Notes under the pieces: generated by a model
Seen by the model: only the letters and a program-made list of their open reading frames with translations
Told to the model about the DNA's origin: nothing
Database searches by the model: none
Position numbers and translations under genes: made by a program
Shown: positions 25,632 through 38,999 of the stretch, piece by piece
Layout: the number at the start of each line of letters is the position of its first letter
Position numbering within the stretch: the stretch's first letter is position 1
Source: Octopus sinensis
Taxonomy: Eukaryota
Direction: 5' to 3'
Assembly (NCBI RefSeq): GCF_006345805.1
Contig: NC_043005.1
Location: 5,580,001-5,644,000 of the forward strand
Length of the DNA stretch: 64,000 bases

Positions 25632-26807
25632 CTACAAATACAACATCAAGAATAGTGACTGGCATGTCAGCTCATGATTCTTAATTCACATTTATTTGGA
25701 ACTAACATTTAACCAAGCTATTGTACCCATATCTGTGTGTGTGTGTGTGCGTATGCTTACATGCATATATGTATGCTTGCTTGCATATGTGTGCATACAT
25801 GTTTGTGTGTGCATGTATGTGCATGGATGCATTCATGCATGTGTGTATGTGCATATATATGTGCCAGCCTGCATACATGTATGCGTGAGTGTGTGCATGC
25901 ATGTATCAAGAAATGATGAAAGGTTGTTCCTGAGCCCTAGGCTCAAAAGTCTGGTTTCCCACCCCCACCACTGCTGGATAGGATGCCAGCCCATCACAGG
26001 ATTACTGATTTTTGTCAGCTGAGTAGACTGGAGCAATGTGAAATGAAGTGTTTTACTCAAGAGCACAACACATTGCTCAGGAATCAAAACCACAATCTTA
26101 GGATCATGAATGCAACACCCTAACCCCTAAGTCACTGGCCTCCATACATGCATGTGTATATGTGCTAATAGGTGTTTCCATGCATGTGTGTGCATGCCTG
26201 CATGTATGTGTGTGCTTAATGTGTATGTGATCATTATCATAAGTGAAGGTGGATGGCTTAATGGTTAGGGTAATCAGCTCACATTTGTAAGGTCATGAGT
26301 TCAATTCCCAGTGACACATTGTGTCCTTGAGCAAGATATTCTATTTCATGTTGCTTCAGTTCACTCAGCTGGCAAAAATGAATTGTACCTGTAATTCAAA
26401 GGGCCAGCCTTGTCCCATTCTGTGTCATATTGAATCTCTCTGAGAACTATATTAAGCATACACATGTCTGTAGAGTGCTCAGCCACTTGCACATTAATTT
26501 CACGAGCAGGCTGTTCCATTGATCAGATCAACTGGAACCTTGGTCATCATAACTGTCAGAGTGCCAGTGCCATTATCATAAATGCATACATGTACGTGTA
26601 ATTGGCAACTGGACACTTGTGGTGTGTGTGTGAGTTTAAGGTCATAATCATCAAAACCACTGCCATGACCTCTGTTGTAATCTATCTTGTCCTTATCGAG
26701 ATTTATTGAAACACAGGCAGTATATTTCGACAGGAATTTAGTAACAAAAGAGTTAATTTCTTTATATATTGGTAAATGTCTGAGAGAAAGAAGTTAGGTT
26801 CACTTAC

Positions 26808-26910
26808 ACTGTCTTCCTCATTGTCAACTTTGATGGCATTCAGTAGTAAAATAACCACGAGACAACGAATGGTTCTTGGTAGCAGGAACAGATCAATACT
26901 GAGATGATTC
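26808..26910 (-). CDS. LRR gene exon J' (second, apparently identical copy)
   Basis: Same sequence and splice sites as 27172-27274, offset 364 bp; only one copy can be used in frame. Confidence 0.7.
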
Positions 26911-27171
26911 CTGTCAGAGAAATTTAAATAAAACAAAAACAATGACTGTGACTCTGTGTGTGTGTGTGTTGTGTGTGTGTGTGTGGTGTGTGTGTGAGTT
27001 TAAGGTCATAATCATCAAAACCACTGCCATGACCTCTGTTGTAATCTATCTTGTCCTTATCGAGATTTATTGAAACACAGGCAGTATATTTCGACAGGAA
27101 TTTAGTAACAAAAGAGTTAATTTCTTTATATATTGGTAAATGTCTGAGAGAAAGAAGTTAGGTTCACTTAC

Positions 27172-27274
27172 ACTGTCTTCCTCATTGTCAACTTTGATGG
27201 CATTCAGTAGTAAAATAACCACGAGACAACGAATGGTTCTTGGTAGCAGGAACAGATCAATACTGAGATGATTC
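27172..27274 (-). CDS. LRR gene exon J (transcript-upstream copy of the duplicated exon)
   Basis: tttctctgacag acceptor, AGT/gtaagt donor; 103 nt, phase 2-0; NHLSIDLFLLPRTIRCLVVILLLNAIKVDNEEDS. Confidence 0.85.
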
Positions 27275-27314
27275 CTGTCAGAGAAATTTAAATAAAACAA
27301 AAACAATGACTGTG

Positions 27315-27380
<66 letters not shown>

Positions 27381-28106
27381 TGTGTGAGAAAGAGAGAGAG
27401 AGAGGGAAGTCATGATAAACAAGAGAGCTAACATAGGAGCTTCTACATAGTCCATTTGTTAGAAATGATGTTCAATTATATTCAAATTTCTTTCAACGAA
27501 AGTTTGGTGATGAGAAGGGCATCTGGATGTTCAAACAATGATGCATGTGCGCACACACACACACACACACAGAGTGTAAATGGAGTCAGTTTGGCTGAAA
27601 CTGTTCCTCTCTAAGCTGAACTCTACTGGAAGGTTTGAACTAAGTACTAGAAGTAGAAAAATAGAATTCTAGGTTTCTTTTATGGCAGTAAATAGTTCTT
27701 GTGGTATCTACTTACAGCCAGATGGACTGAATCATTTGACTATTACATGTCTTTCGCTCAGACACAGTGCAGTTGCTGTAGCAGGATATTAAGCATTAGT
27801 GTCAACCTCCCAACAACTGGTAATCTTATAACCCATTGAATCAGTCATGTAAGCAGCTTTAGAAAAAAATCACATGCATTAAATCACTTGATCTAATAAG
27901 TAAATATCAATTTTTAAAAAATAAAACTAACTCATGCAAACAATGAAAAAAAAGACTAGTGAAAATATCTAAAAATTAAAACACCAAAACAACAAAACCA
28001 GTTTAAAATACAACTTCAGTTTCTTTGCGAGTTGTTCATCTCATGTGCATCAAAAGGAAACAATTACATTTTATATGAGCAGAATTAAATGTTAAACATT
28101 TCTCAC

Positions 28107-28180
28107 CCATATTTGTGTAAGCTGGTTAAGGCCAACATGTCGACAATAACCTGTGTTGGAAGATGAAATTCTAGTGACAC
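28107..28180 (-). CDS. LRR gene exon I
   Basis: Long pyrimidine tract + gcacag acceptor, GG/gtgaga donor; 74 nt, phase 0-2; VSLEFHLPTQVIVDMLALTSLHKY. Confidence 0.88.
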
Positions 28181-29250
28181 CTGTGCAACAGAAATGAAAC
28201 AGAAGAAAAAAACAATCAGTGCTTTTACCCTTTTGATACAAACCTACCTCAGCCCACCCTTGGATTCATGATTCAAACTTTTTGTTTAAAGTGATGCAAA
28301 TTAAAACCTTCCATCAAAGTTTCATGTTTATTCATATTCCAAACATCAGTTTAATAATGACAAAGTTATTTTACTAAAATTTCTGTTGCTTCTTGCAACC
28401 TCTTCAATAGTTGTTGGCTCTCTTTACTAAATTATCCATTATTTTAAAAATTAACTGAAGCAAAACCAGAGTATTTCAAAACAAATATTATAACAGAAGA
28501 GTTAAGCAGACCTATGTACAAAGGCATTCCAGCTATGACCATCCAGTCATTTTTGTATTTAATCACAGCAAGCCTCAAACTACACCATTCAATGATGGTA
28601 GGGTGTGATTTAACCCTTTTGATACCAGTGTGCTTGAGTTTGGCTCTAGTTCTATTATACAATTTTCCTTATTTGAAGCAATCTAAATTAAAATCTTTCA
28701 TCAAAATTTTATGACAAAGTTATTTTCCAGAATTTTTCACTATTTTCAAAATTGATTAACGGTAAGGTAATATATTTCAACAGAAATACAGTAATAAAAG
28801 CATTAAGTGTTTAACTCTTTTGAGACCGACTTGCCAGAGACACCCCTGGTTGTATGATAGAAACACACACATACACACACACATTTATATGTAAATTCAA
28901 CACCTTCCACAAAGTTTCTATCTATCAGATTTCATTCATAGTCTTTGAGTAACTGAAGGCTATGGTAGAAGATACTTGCCACTATTGTCTTGCCTTGGGA
29001 TTGAGCCTGAAACCACATGACTGCACACCGACCAATGTAACCACACATCCATGTCCATATTAAAAATTATTATCATTATTCATTGCATTATTGTTGCTTT
29101 GTTTTGTACGAGCTGTTCCAAGTCTCACCCAGTGACCTCAAGTACCATCAAGATATATGTTTTATTAAAAGTGTTGTTTATGATTAGTGATGATATATTG
29201 TACAGGGGGGAAACCAGAAACTGAAAAAGTTTTAAGAGAATCACATAGTT

Positions 29251-29630
29251 TCAAGTCGACAATGTTTTTCTTAGAATGTGGTCAGTACCCATAAGAACAA
29301 TCTTCTGTAGTACTGATGCTTTTGATTTTCCTGATATTTGGCTATTGTGTTTAAGAACACCATTTGGTGTTGTCTCCAAAGCACTGTTGATCACAGATAT
29401 AAGTTGTTCTTAGATGTCACATTTTTGAGACCTCTATTTCAAGGTCCTTATATTTACTCAACTTTTCAAATGTTATTACAGAGCTATTGCAATTTGCTTG
29501 GATTGACATATCTGTGAGCAGACATGTTTTGTCAAGGTGATTTTTTTTTTTTACTACAATATCAGTTTGAATAGTAAAATCCCAAAGAACAGTGGTCGTT
29601 ATTTTCTACTACTTTGGCAGGTTTATTGCA
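29251..29630 (-). mobile_element. R4/Dong-like RLE LINE, C-terminal remnant
   Basis: KPAKVVEN..LWDFTIQTD..KTCLLTDMSI..FEKLSKYKDLEIEVSKM..LQKIVLMGTDHILRKTLST* (PD-(D/E)xK nuclease region). Confidence 0.7.
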
Positions 29631-29978
29631 CCCACCAGTTCATCTCATATGGGAGTCCAGACTTAGGGCATATGATCCAGTGCAAATACTGGCCAGGTCT
29701 ATCTTGATAAATATATTAATTTAAAAGAGCATCCAGGGATGAAGTGGTCAATTGTTTCTCTGGTTGTACCACAAAAATGGTAGGAAGAGTCAACACCATT
29801 TAAAAAAAATTACTTGTTTGGTAGTTTCTGGTGGGCAGACACTGAACCTGAGCTGCCAAGATGCCTCTGATATAAGTCCAGATGCAACCAACCACTGGGG
29901 GGTCATATTTGTATCAACATCAGAATTGCTGGCTGTTATAGAGTAATTGCCCTGCAATGTCTTACTTTTCCATGTATT

Positions 29979-30013
<35 letters not shown>

Positions 30014-30179
30014 GGTGTGTGTGTGTGTGTGTGTGAAATACATATATACAAAATTCTATTTGATTTGGCTTTTATTTTTATCTGTTTTGCTATGGGTTCT
30101 TCTATTTCATCTATTTGCATTGCAGTCACATTTTTATCATCATCAATATCATCATCATCAATATCATCATCATCATCAA

Positions 30180-30400
30180 CATCATCATCAATGTGGCAAG
30201 CTGACAGGATTGTTGCTGCTTTGGATAAAATGCTTATTTCTTCTGGCGTTAAGTTCTGGATTCAAATTCTGTTGAGGTCAACTTTGCCTTCCATCCTTTC
30301 AGGGTCAATAAAATAAGTACCTGTTGCGTACTGGGGTTGATATAATTGACTAGCTGCTCCAGTAAAAATTTCAGGCCATGTGCCTATGGTAGAAAGGATT
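30180..30400 (+). mobile_element. SINE-like family C
   Basis: Shared TCAAATTC..GAGGTCAACTTTGCCTT.CATCCTTTC.GGGTC core; copies 20100-20310(-), 46150-46270(+), 46745-46930(-), 58940-59090(-), 63880-64000(+). Confidence 0.65.
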
Positions 30401-30879
30401 ATCATTTGTAATATTCTATGTGTTTAAGATAAATTCCAAGCGTAAGGCTGGTTTATTTAAGTGTTTGTATATTCTATCTTCAAAGTTTTGCCAATGTAGG
30501 TGAAAAGAAAAGATCATGATTATTACTAATAAAGCAATCCTAAGAATTCAAATTTTAATTCTATTATTCTATTATACATTCTTTAAATTACTATTGTAAG
30601 CCAATACCATGATCATTGCATGAGTCCTCATTTTAAAGACATATTTTTGTTGCAATGTTTTTTTAATTACGTGTATATATATATATGTACAAACACACAC
30701 TTGTATGTTCACACACCCACACATTATACATTACAGCTAAAAACAGCTGACACAAATGTCTTTTCTCCCAGAGGAAAGTTTTAGCCTCAACACATTAGAT
30801 TCCTCTTTTCCCCATTGGCTACAAAACTAATCTAAACTTAATGATTTTATTGTAAAATCTTAGCCAATGCAGACTGCGG

Positions 30880-31125
30880 AGTCTATTTTTGACATAATCT
30901 ATCATCATCATCATCATTGTCATCATAATCATCATCATCCCTATCACCATCATCATCAATATCATCACCATCCTCATCATCATTCTCATCACTGTCATCT
31001 TTATAATTATCATTGTAATCATCATCATCACCATCACTATCATTATCATCATTGGCATCATCATCACCATTATCATCACCTTCATCACCCTCCTCTTCTT
31101 TCTCACCATTATCATCATTATGACC
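30880..31125. repeat. Imperfect (CAT)n tract
   Basis: Direct read; source of the His/Met/Asp-rich ORFs. Confidence 0.93.
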
Positions 31126-31555
31126 ACTCAATTTTAAAATTAAACCCTCCCCACCATCCTCCATCCACACTCCTTACATCTCTAACACCACCTCACACTC
31201 ACCATAGCTCCAGCCTCACTCTAGAAGCATATCTCCCCCCCCCCCTTTTGCTCCTATCCAAAGAGTGTAACTCCAATGAACTACAAAATTTTTCAGCTTT
31301 AGTTTTGACCAAAGCTGAAAAATTTAGCTTTTTTTAGAACTGCTGTTAGACCAGCTAACAAGATTGACACATCCATACATCTTGTGACAAAGAACCTATG
31401 TCTTTTAAGCCTTTTCTGATGATTGCCAGGATTGTCTCAACTCCTCGTATGAATGGTATGAAACAAAGTTAATTTAATGTGGCTTTAGAGTCGGGTTTTG
31501 ACTGCTATTTTCAGCATGGTGGTATCTCTCAGATACCCTAAATTATAATTTTAAA

Positions 31556-31591
<36 letters not shown>

Positions 31592-32389
31592 CTGAAATGT
31601 ACAGTATTATATATCCAGCATGATTGATCTTACCAATCAGTTTTGTGCAAGGAATACAATAGAGTGTTAGGTAACAATCTGATTATATAACCTTATGCTA
31701 ATCAGAGTTAGTTGCTATGGAAAGGAATATATATATGTTCCCAGAGAGAACTGTGTTTTGTGTTCTTGAGCAAGACACTTTATTTCATGTTGCTCCAGTT
31801 TGCTCAACTGTAGAAATGAGTTACAACATCACTGATGCCAAGCTGTATCGGCCTTTGCCTTTCCCTTATGTTGGTGGTGAGGAGAGGGGAGGCCGGTATG
31901 CATGGGCAACTGCTGGTCTTCCATAAACAACCTTGCCTGGACTTGTACCTAGGAGGGGGAACTTTCTAGGTGCAATCCCATGATCATTTGTGACTGCAGG
32001 GTTTATATGTGGGGCGAATTCTTCCCCTGTCAGCATGTGTGTATACTTTCTATGCTTCTCCTACAGCATTAAGAGTATTTCAACTCTTATTTCTAGCAAT
32101 ATAAGTGCTCCAGCACCCTTACTCACACTTACTTAATGGTACCACATTGCCCCTGGCTGTTTATATATATATATGAAATGCACACAGATAATGGATTTTT
32201 TACACAATTTTTCCAGTTAGCTTACATATGTTTCTGATAGAAATTGGAGAGGTCTAGTTCCCTTATGTATTAATCACTTTGTCAATCAATCCAGAGTCAG
32301 GTAAATTTGTTAGCCTGGTATATCTTTCTGTACAGAGAGATAAGCATTTCACCTGGATAATTAATCCCTTTACATATGTGTGTGTGTGT

Positions 32390-32730
32390 GTGATGGCACA
32401 TGACTCAGTGGTTAGAGTATCGAGCTTAAGATTGTGAGGTTGTGAGTTCAAATCCCAGACCAGGCTGCATGTTGTGTTCTTGAGCAAGACACTTTATTTC
32501 ACGTTGCTCCAATTCACTCAGCTGTAGAAATGAGTTGTGACGACACAGGTGCCAAGCTGTATCGGCCTATGCCCTTCCCTTGGATAACACTGGTAGCATG
32601 AAGAAGGGAGGCTGGTATGTATGAGCGACTGCTGGTCTTTCATAAGCAACCTTGCCTGGACTTGTGCCTGGGAGGGTAACTTTCTAGGTGCAATCCCATG
32701 GTCAGTCATGACTGAAGGGGGTCTCAACAT
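32390..32730 (+). mobile_element. SINE family B copy
   Basis: Reverse-complement match to 6124-6463. Confidence 0.85.
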
Positions 32731-33321
32731 ATATATATATTCACACACACACACATTGGATGGTGCATAATTAATGGTGATTTTTAAAAATTCTAAAACT
32801 GTTGTAAATTAAATTATAAAACGGTTATGCACCAACCCAATATATGTGCATCCATACATACTTACATATGTACATTCATACATATATCATACATGCATAT
32901 TTGAAGGTGTATATATAAGGATGAGAAACAGGAAACTTTGACTGGTGACTCATACAAAATCATCTTTGAATATATTTCATTAAACTCTTGAATACTTATT
33001 TTTCTTAATTGGAATTCACACAATTACAAACCCGTGTTTATCTCTCCCTCTCTGTCTTTCTCCCCCCACCACATATATATACACACACACTCATACATAC
33101 ATATGTACGTATGTTCATACATACATACATACATACATACATAAATACATACATACATACATTACGCATTATGGTTAGCATTTTCAAATGCTAACAAAGA
33201 TGTGATGATTTTTGTGAAAATAATTGTTTTTATAGTTTTATGTACCTTCTTTTTTTTTTGCAAAGGCCCATATTTGGAAAAACTGTTCAACCCACACTGA
33301 CCTTTGAAACTAATTACTTAC

Positions 33322-33421
33322 CAGAAGTAAAAGAAAAAGAATGTTACTGTTTTCCTGATTTTGTTGCCTGGCTTCCAAGAGTCCTTCAAAAATGTTTTGG
33401 TAGATTTCTAATTTCTCAGTG
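33322..33421 (-). CDS. LRR gene exon H
   Basis: ttttactacag acceptor, CTG/gtaagt donor; 100 nt, phase 2-0; TEKLEIYQNIFEGLLEARQQNQENSNILFLLLL. Confidence 0.88.
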
Positions 33422-34237
33422 CTGTAGTAAAATAAGAGTTGCTACAGATGAATAGATCTTATTATAAGTTTGGATCTTTATCTCTCTGATACTTATTAAC
33501 CCTTTTGATACTAACCCACCTCAAACTGTCCCTGATTCTGTGACACAAAGGAATACGCATATGTTGAAATACACTGAATTTGTTTCAATTAACTTTGAAA
33601 ATAAAAGAGTTTATTAAAATAACTGTCATTATTAAACTGGTATTTTAATTTAGACCACTTTAAAGCAGGAAGTTTAAATCATAAAACCAGGGCCGGTTGC
33701 AGGTGGGTTGATATCAAAAAGATTAAGACATGAATAGTAATTTTAAATAGTAACTTTGGTTACACAAATAAGAAAAGAGTGAATATACAACCAACGTACC
33801 AGTTTCTGATAGTTGACACAACAGGAAGGTTTGTTTAACAAGCAAATGATAATTTTTAATGACCAAAGATTTACATGTCATTATTAAGGTCAATGTTAAT
33901 TAGGTTAAAAAGAATTTAACTTCCAGCTATAGAGCTGAAAAGTTCATGCCTTTGTTCCAGACAGTTAACAGTGTTGAATTTAAATTTGTCAAAAGGTTTG
34001 GATGATCATAACTGAATATTCATTATGTGGCCTTCTTTCAGCCAATTCTATTCCCTGACAACTAAGAATGGAATCATTATGAATAAACTTAATTATCTTT
34101 ATGGATGAACTTAATCATCATCATAATTAATAAATACAGAAGACATTTGCCCATAGTGTTGCACTGTGGGACTGAACCTGAGAACACATGGCCCTGTTGA
34201 TGTTAAATTTACAATTTACTTCTCAATTTCTGCTTAC

Positions 34238-34307
34238 CGGTTCAGTTCCAACTGGAGATTTCCCTGCATACTGTATGCCAAATATTTCAGTCTCTTCCTG
34301 TCTATTT
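34238..34307 (-). CDS. LRR gene exon G
   Basis: atttcag acceptor, CG/gtaagc donor; 70 nt, phase 1-2; EIDRKRLKYLAYSMQGNLQLELNR. Confidence 0.88.
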
Positions 34308-34841
34308 CTGAAATCAGTAAAATTAAATTTTTAAAAAACCCCAAAAAGCCGGGGTTTTTTCAGTGATTAAATATATATTAAATACTGATTTTAACACAAA
34401 CACGAGGTTATACATTTTGAAGGAGGATACAGAAAAAACAGACAAATTGAACCTTAGTATTTAAATGATGCTAATTTTATTAATCTCCCAAAAGGATGAA
34501 AGATAAAAAAGTTGATCTGAGGAGAATTCAGATTCAGAATGTAAAGAATGTAACTAAATACTGCAAATTCTGTTGCTCTACGTATGTTTTGGTGAAGTTG
34601 ATCATGCTGACCTTGACCTCTGCTACAAAACTGAAGTAATGCAGAGAATGAATGAATCTTAGATATCAACACGTATGAGGAGTGTTGTGGTTTGCTTGAA
34701 GCATTGTGATACAAAAGTAAATTTACAAAAAAGAAGGAAAGCTTCTAACAACATGGAAAGGAAAGTTGAGTAATCTTTATACAGTTCAGGCACAAAAACC
34801 AATTATTAGAAGTATACAGTTTAGAAATGTGAGTTTATGTA

Positions 34842-36133
34842 CACGGTGGTAGCAAAAAGTTCCTGGACTAGTTATGTCTAATAAAAAACAACTTATTTAC
34901 TTAAGTATTAGCATCATCTCCTTCAAAATAGTCACCTTGTATGGCAATATACTGGTCCCAGGATTCCTGTGGCTTTTGGAATCCAGCCTAGAAGTCGTTT
35001 TCCATAAGTGAGTCGAGGACCTTCTGTGATTCACTCTTGATCTCAGCAACAGTGTTAAAACAGCAACCTTTGAACTGCATTTTCATACTGGGTAAGAGAT
35101 GAAAGTTTACAGGTGCAAATAGGGCAGGTATGGAATATCTGGCGAATAGGACAGGTGTGGAAGTGATACCATGTTGTTTTTGGTGAGAAACTCACAAGAG
35201 AAGAGAGCTCAGTGACAAGGTCCATTGTTACCATGAAGAATCCAATTCTTCACGCTCCACAGATTCGGTCGCTTTCACCAAATGTTTTACCTCAGACACT
35301 TCAAAACGTTGCAGTAGAACTCTTGATTGATGATCTGGCTCTGGGGGATGAATTCTCAATGCATGATACCGTGGATGTCAAAAGAAATGATGAGCATGCT
35401 CTTGATTGAGCTGCAGCTCTGTTATGCCTTCTTTGGTCGTGGAGATGGAGGGCTCTTTCATTGTGATGATTGCTGCTTTGTCTGAGAGTCATACTCGTAG
35501 ACCCAACTCTCATCACCAGAGATGATCCTTGACATTAAAGATGGGTCATCAGGGGCATGCTGACAGGCTTCAACACTGTGTTCATTCTGCTCAGTGGTCT
35601 GCAGGCGAGGGACAAACTTGGCAGAGATACACCACATGTTCAATTCAGATGTTAGGATTGCCTGCTCAGACACATATGACATACCAACAACATTGGCAAT
35701 GTCATGGATGAATTTTCTTCCCATTTCTGGGGGTAACATTTGTGCCAGGTCTTCCAGATCGCTCACCATCTTCCAGGAATGTTCTTCTGCTTTTGAAGTG
35801 CCTGTGTCACTTGAAACATTGCATACGACCCACTGCCTAGTCACTGTAAGCTTACTGTAGTGTAATCAATGTCTCTGTAGCAGACTTCCCCAGTTTAACG
35901 TAAAATTTCTGGTTGGCTCTTTGTTCCAATTTCCTATCCATGACAAAATCACAGAATACAGCATACACATAATCACAAAAATACAAATTTCACAACTTGC
36001 AAAGTAAACACAGCAATGTTACATGACATACTTCCTCATGAAGGTCACTGCTAGCTCTCACTGTGCACACAACTGTGTGCTGTCATCTATTGGCATGCTA
36101 CAGAACTAGTCCAGGAACTTTTTGATACCACTT
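34842..36133 (-). mobile_element. Decayed full-length mariner (second family)
   Basis: TIRs GGTGGTAKCAAAAAGTTCCTGGACTAGTT at both ends, TA flank; remnants ISAKFVPRL, IISGDESWVYEYDSQTKQQSSQ, HPxYSxDLAP. Confidence 0.88.
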
Positions 36134-38503
36134 TACTTTCGTAGATCCTGTCAAGATGATTGCTGAATGACAAACCACACTTTGTTCAGGGAGTGTGATA
36201 GCAGCAGTTCCCCCAGTGGCTATAGGGGTTATAGGGGGAATGATGGTGGATAGCTAGCTGCAAACTGGCAGCAATGGTAGTGAAGGTGACTGTCAACATT
36301 TGTATTAGTAGCTGTGGTGGTATTATGCTGTGATAGTAGTCTCTTTTTTCTTACTAGACATGTTGTATATTTTATACAAACACATGAATGAACAAACACA
36401 CAAACACACATACACATATCCATCCATTCATCGATCGATCCATCCATCCATCCATCAGTCCATCAATCATTCAATCAATCAATCATCATTTAACATTCAT
36501 TTTCCATGCTGGCATGGGTTGGACAGCTTGACAGGAACTGGCAAGGCTGAGGGCTGAACCAGGTTTCATAGTCTGTTTTAGCATGGCTTCTACAGCTGGA
36601 TGTTCTTCCTAATGCAAACCATTTTACAGAGTGCACTGGGTGATTTTTATATGGCACCTGCACCAACACCATATATATAAAAGCACACATACTCTCTCTC
36701 ACACCTACACACACAGGCATAGGTGTAAGTGTGTGGTTAAGAAGTTTGCTTTCCAGTCACATCGTTTCAGGTTCAGCCCCATTGCATCTTAGGTATCTGC
36801 TCTGAGCCAACCAAAGCTTTATAAATGAATTTGGTAGATGAAAACTAAACGACGCTTGTTGTACATATTGTATGTGTGAGTGTGTGTATGTCTGTGTCTC
36901 CTTGTCTTGATATTGTGTCGCAGTAATACAAGCAGCATCACTCGTTTCCTATATTCTGTGAAAAACATGTTTGGTCACATGGAAATATTGATGGTAATCT
37001 CTCATAGTCTGAAACAGATGGTTCTGCAATTTCTTGCTGACCAACCTGGACAAGGGATTTGTGTATAGTGATCAAATGTTGGTGCTGCACCTTAACTCAT
37101 TTCCTTCATCAAATCTATGCTGCTTGAACAGGTGCACAGTGTGCTACATGTCAGGTGTCAAAGTGATTGCAGAGCAATGTGAGATGAAGTCTTTTGCTCA
37201 AGATCACAATGCACCACCTGGTCCAGGAATTGAAACAATGTTCTCACAACACCCTCACCACAAGGCTGTTCACCCTTACTGCAGAAATATTATCTTACTT
37301 GGTAACAGGCAAGGAAGAATATCCAGCCATAAAAATTCAGTCTTGTTAAACTTTATCTGAACCATGCAAACCTGGAGAAATGGACATTAAAGATGCCAAA
37401 TCTACTCACAAGGTTATGATCATCCGAGAACTTTAGTAGGAAACATTTGCTCAAGATTAACTAAACCAACATAATTAACTGTTTTATAGTCTGTTTTATG
37501 GTTTTTCTATTTAAATTTGTTTTTCATTTCATTTCAATATTCTATGCTGGGAAATAACAATGAAACATCAAACCAAATCAAAATGCTTCTTCAAAAATCA
37601 GTGAAAGAAAGATAAATAAGATTTTGTATTAAACAACATTCAAGAAAATAATTTTTTCAAAACAAAGTCAAAGAAAAATATTTAAAAAACTGGAGATGTT
37701 ATGCATAATAACTAAAAACAATAAGAGAAAGGCTTGTATTTATCTTCAATGGAATTTGTCCACAGAAACTCATGTAAATAGCTTTTGAACAGCTGGACAG
37801 AAAGATATAGTTGCCACAATCATATATATATGTATGAGTGCATGTATGTGTGTGTGTTAGTATGGAAATGTGGATGTTAAAACAATAATAATGATATTGG
37901 TTTACATGTACACACGACAGGCCTCTGGACAGCTCCTGTTTTCCAAAGTAGAAGACTATGGTACCGCACAATGAAATAGAACCTGGAATCACAGGGTATG
38001 AAGCAAATTCCTAAACTTCCCACCCATACTTGGCATGAATTGGATAGTTTGATAGGATCTGATGGGTTCAATATCTATATCATACTCCAGTATCTGCTTT
38101 GGCATAGTTTCTATAGATGGATGTCCTTCATAATGCCAACCACTTCACAACATATACTGCATGCTTTTCTTTTTCCGTGTGACACCAACACTAATGAGGC
38201 TGTCATGCAACTTACAAGACCAGCTTTTGCAAAACTAGGATCCCTTTTGACTGAGTGGTGTTACAGTAGAGAGGGAGGCAGCTTTATACTATAGAATGAA
38301 GAGTAAAAATGAGAGAGAAGAGGCCAGAACAGAACAGATTTCTTGTTATAGAGAAGCTACACAATTACTCACATTATGGAAGAGAGGATGGAAGTGGCTG
38401 AGGTGGAACAAGAAAGAAATAAAAATAAGGCTGATGAAGTATCAAGGTGAACCCTCAAAATATTAGGTGAGTGGAAGAGCTTATAAAAAAACAGTCAACA
38501 TAC

Positions 38504-38552
38504 CACTGTTTAGTGACGTTTTCTGTGGGAAGCGCATGAGCAGGTGACATGC
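38504..38552 (-). CDS. LRR gene exon F
   Basis: tttttaccag acceptor, G/gtatgt donor; 49 nt, phase 0-1; ACHLLMRFPQKTSLNS. Confidence 0.82.
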
Positions 38553-38689
38553 CTGGTAAAAATATATAAGCAGGTAAAGATTTCAACTGATTGGTAAACT
38601 TTGGTTTGCAATATAAATATAAAAAATTGCATATAATACAACAAAAAGAATATAAAGAATTCATTATATCATTGCTTAGATTATCACTG

Positions 38690-38950
38690 TGATCACCGTG
38701 ACTGACCAGGCTATCAGACGTTGCTACACATCGCTGGTCACAATGCGCTTTGCATTGTTTTAGCCTTTAAGTGACGCCACCCCACTGGCTAAGCGAGCAG
38801 GCCAACAGAAGAAAGAGTGAGAGAAAGTTGTGGCGAAAGTGTACAGCAGGGATCGCCCCCCCCCCACCCTCCCCTGTTGGAGCTTTAGGTGTTTTCACTC
38901 AATAAACACTCACAATGCCCAGTCTGGGAATCGAAACTGCAATCCTACAA
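38690..38950 (-). mobile_element. SINE-like family D
   Basis: GTGATCACCGTGAC.GACCAGGCTATCAGA.GTTGCTACACATCGCTGG shared with the truncated copy at 43587-43700. Confidence 0.6.
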
Positions 38951-38999
38951 AATATGAAGAATGTACAGAAAGTAATGCAAAATTATGTATTGCTTTTTT

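Larger units (their letters stand above)
26618..27345. repeat. Tandem duplication, 2 x 364 bp, containing exon J
   Basis: Unit 1 26618-26981, unit 2 26982-27345; no differences seen by eye outside the (TG)n tract at the junctions. Confidence 0.95.

Noticed and set aside
30819-31337. His-rich, Met/Ile-rich and Asp-rich ORFs
   Set aside because: All are translations of one imperfect (CAT)n tract; no splice or codon evidence.
32263-32353. Possible exon (atccag/GTGAAATGC...)
   Set aside because: Stops in all frames before a donor, and the H-I junction is already in phase without it.
34454-34714. 86-aa minus-strand ORF as a possible exon
   Set aside because: Weak splice sites; exons F and G join in phase without it.
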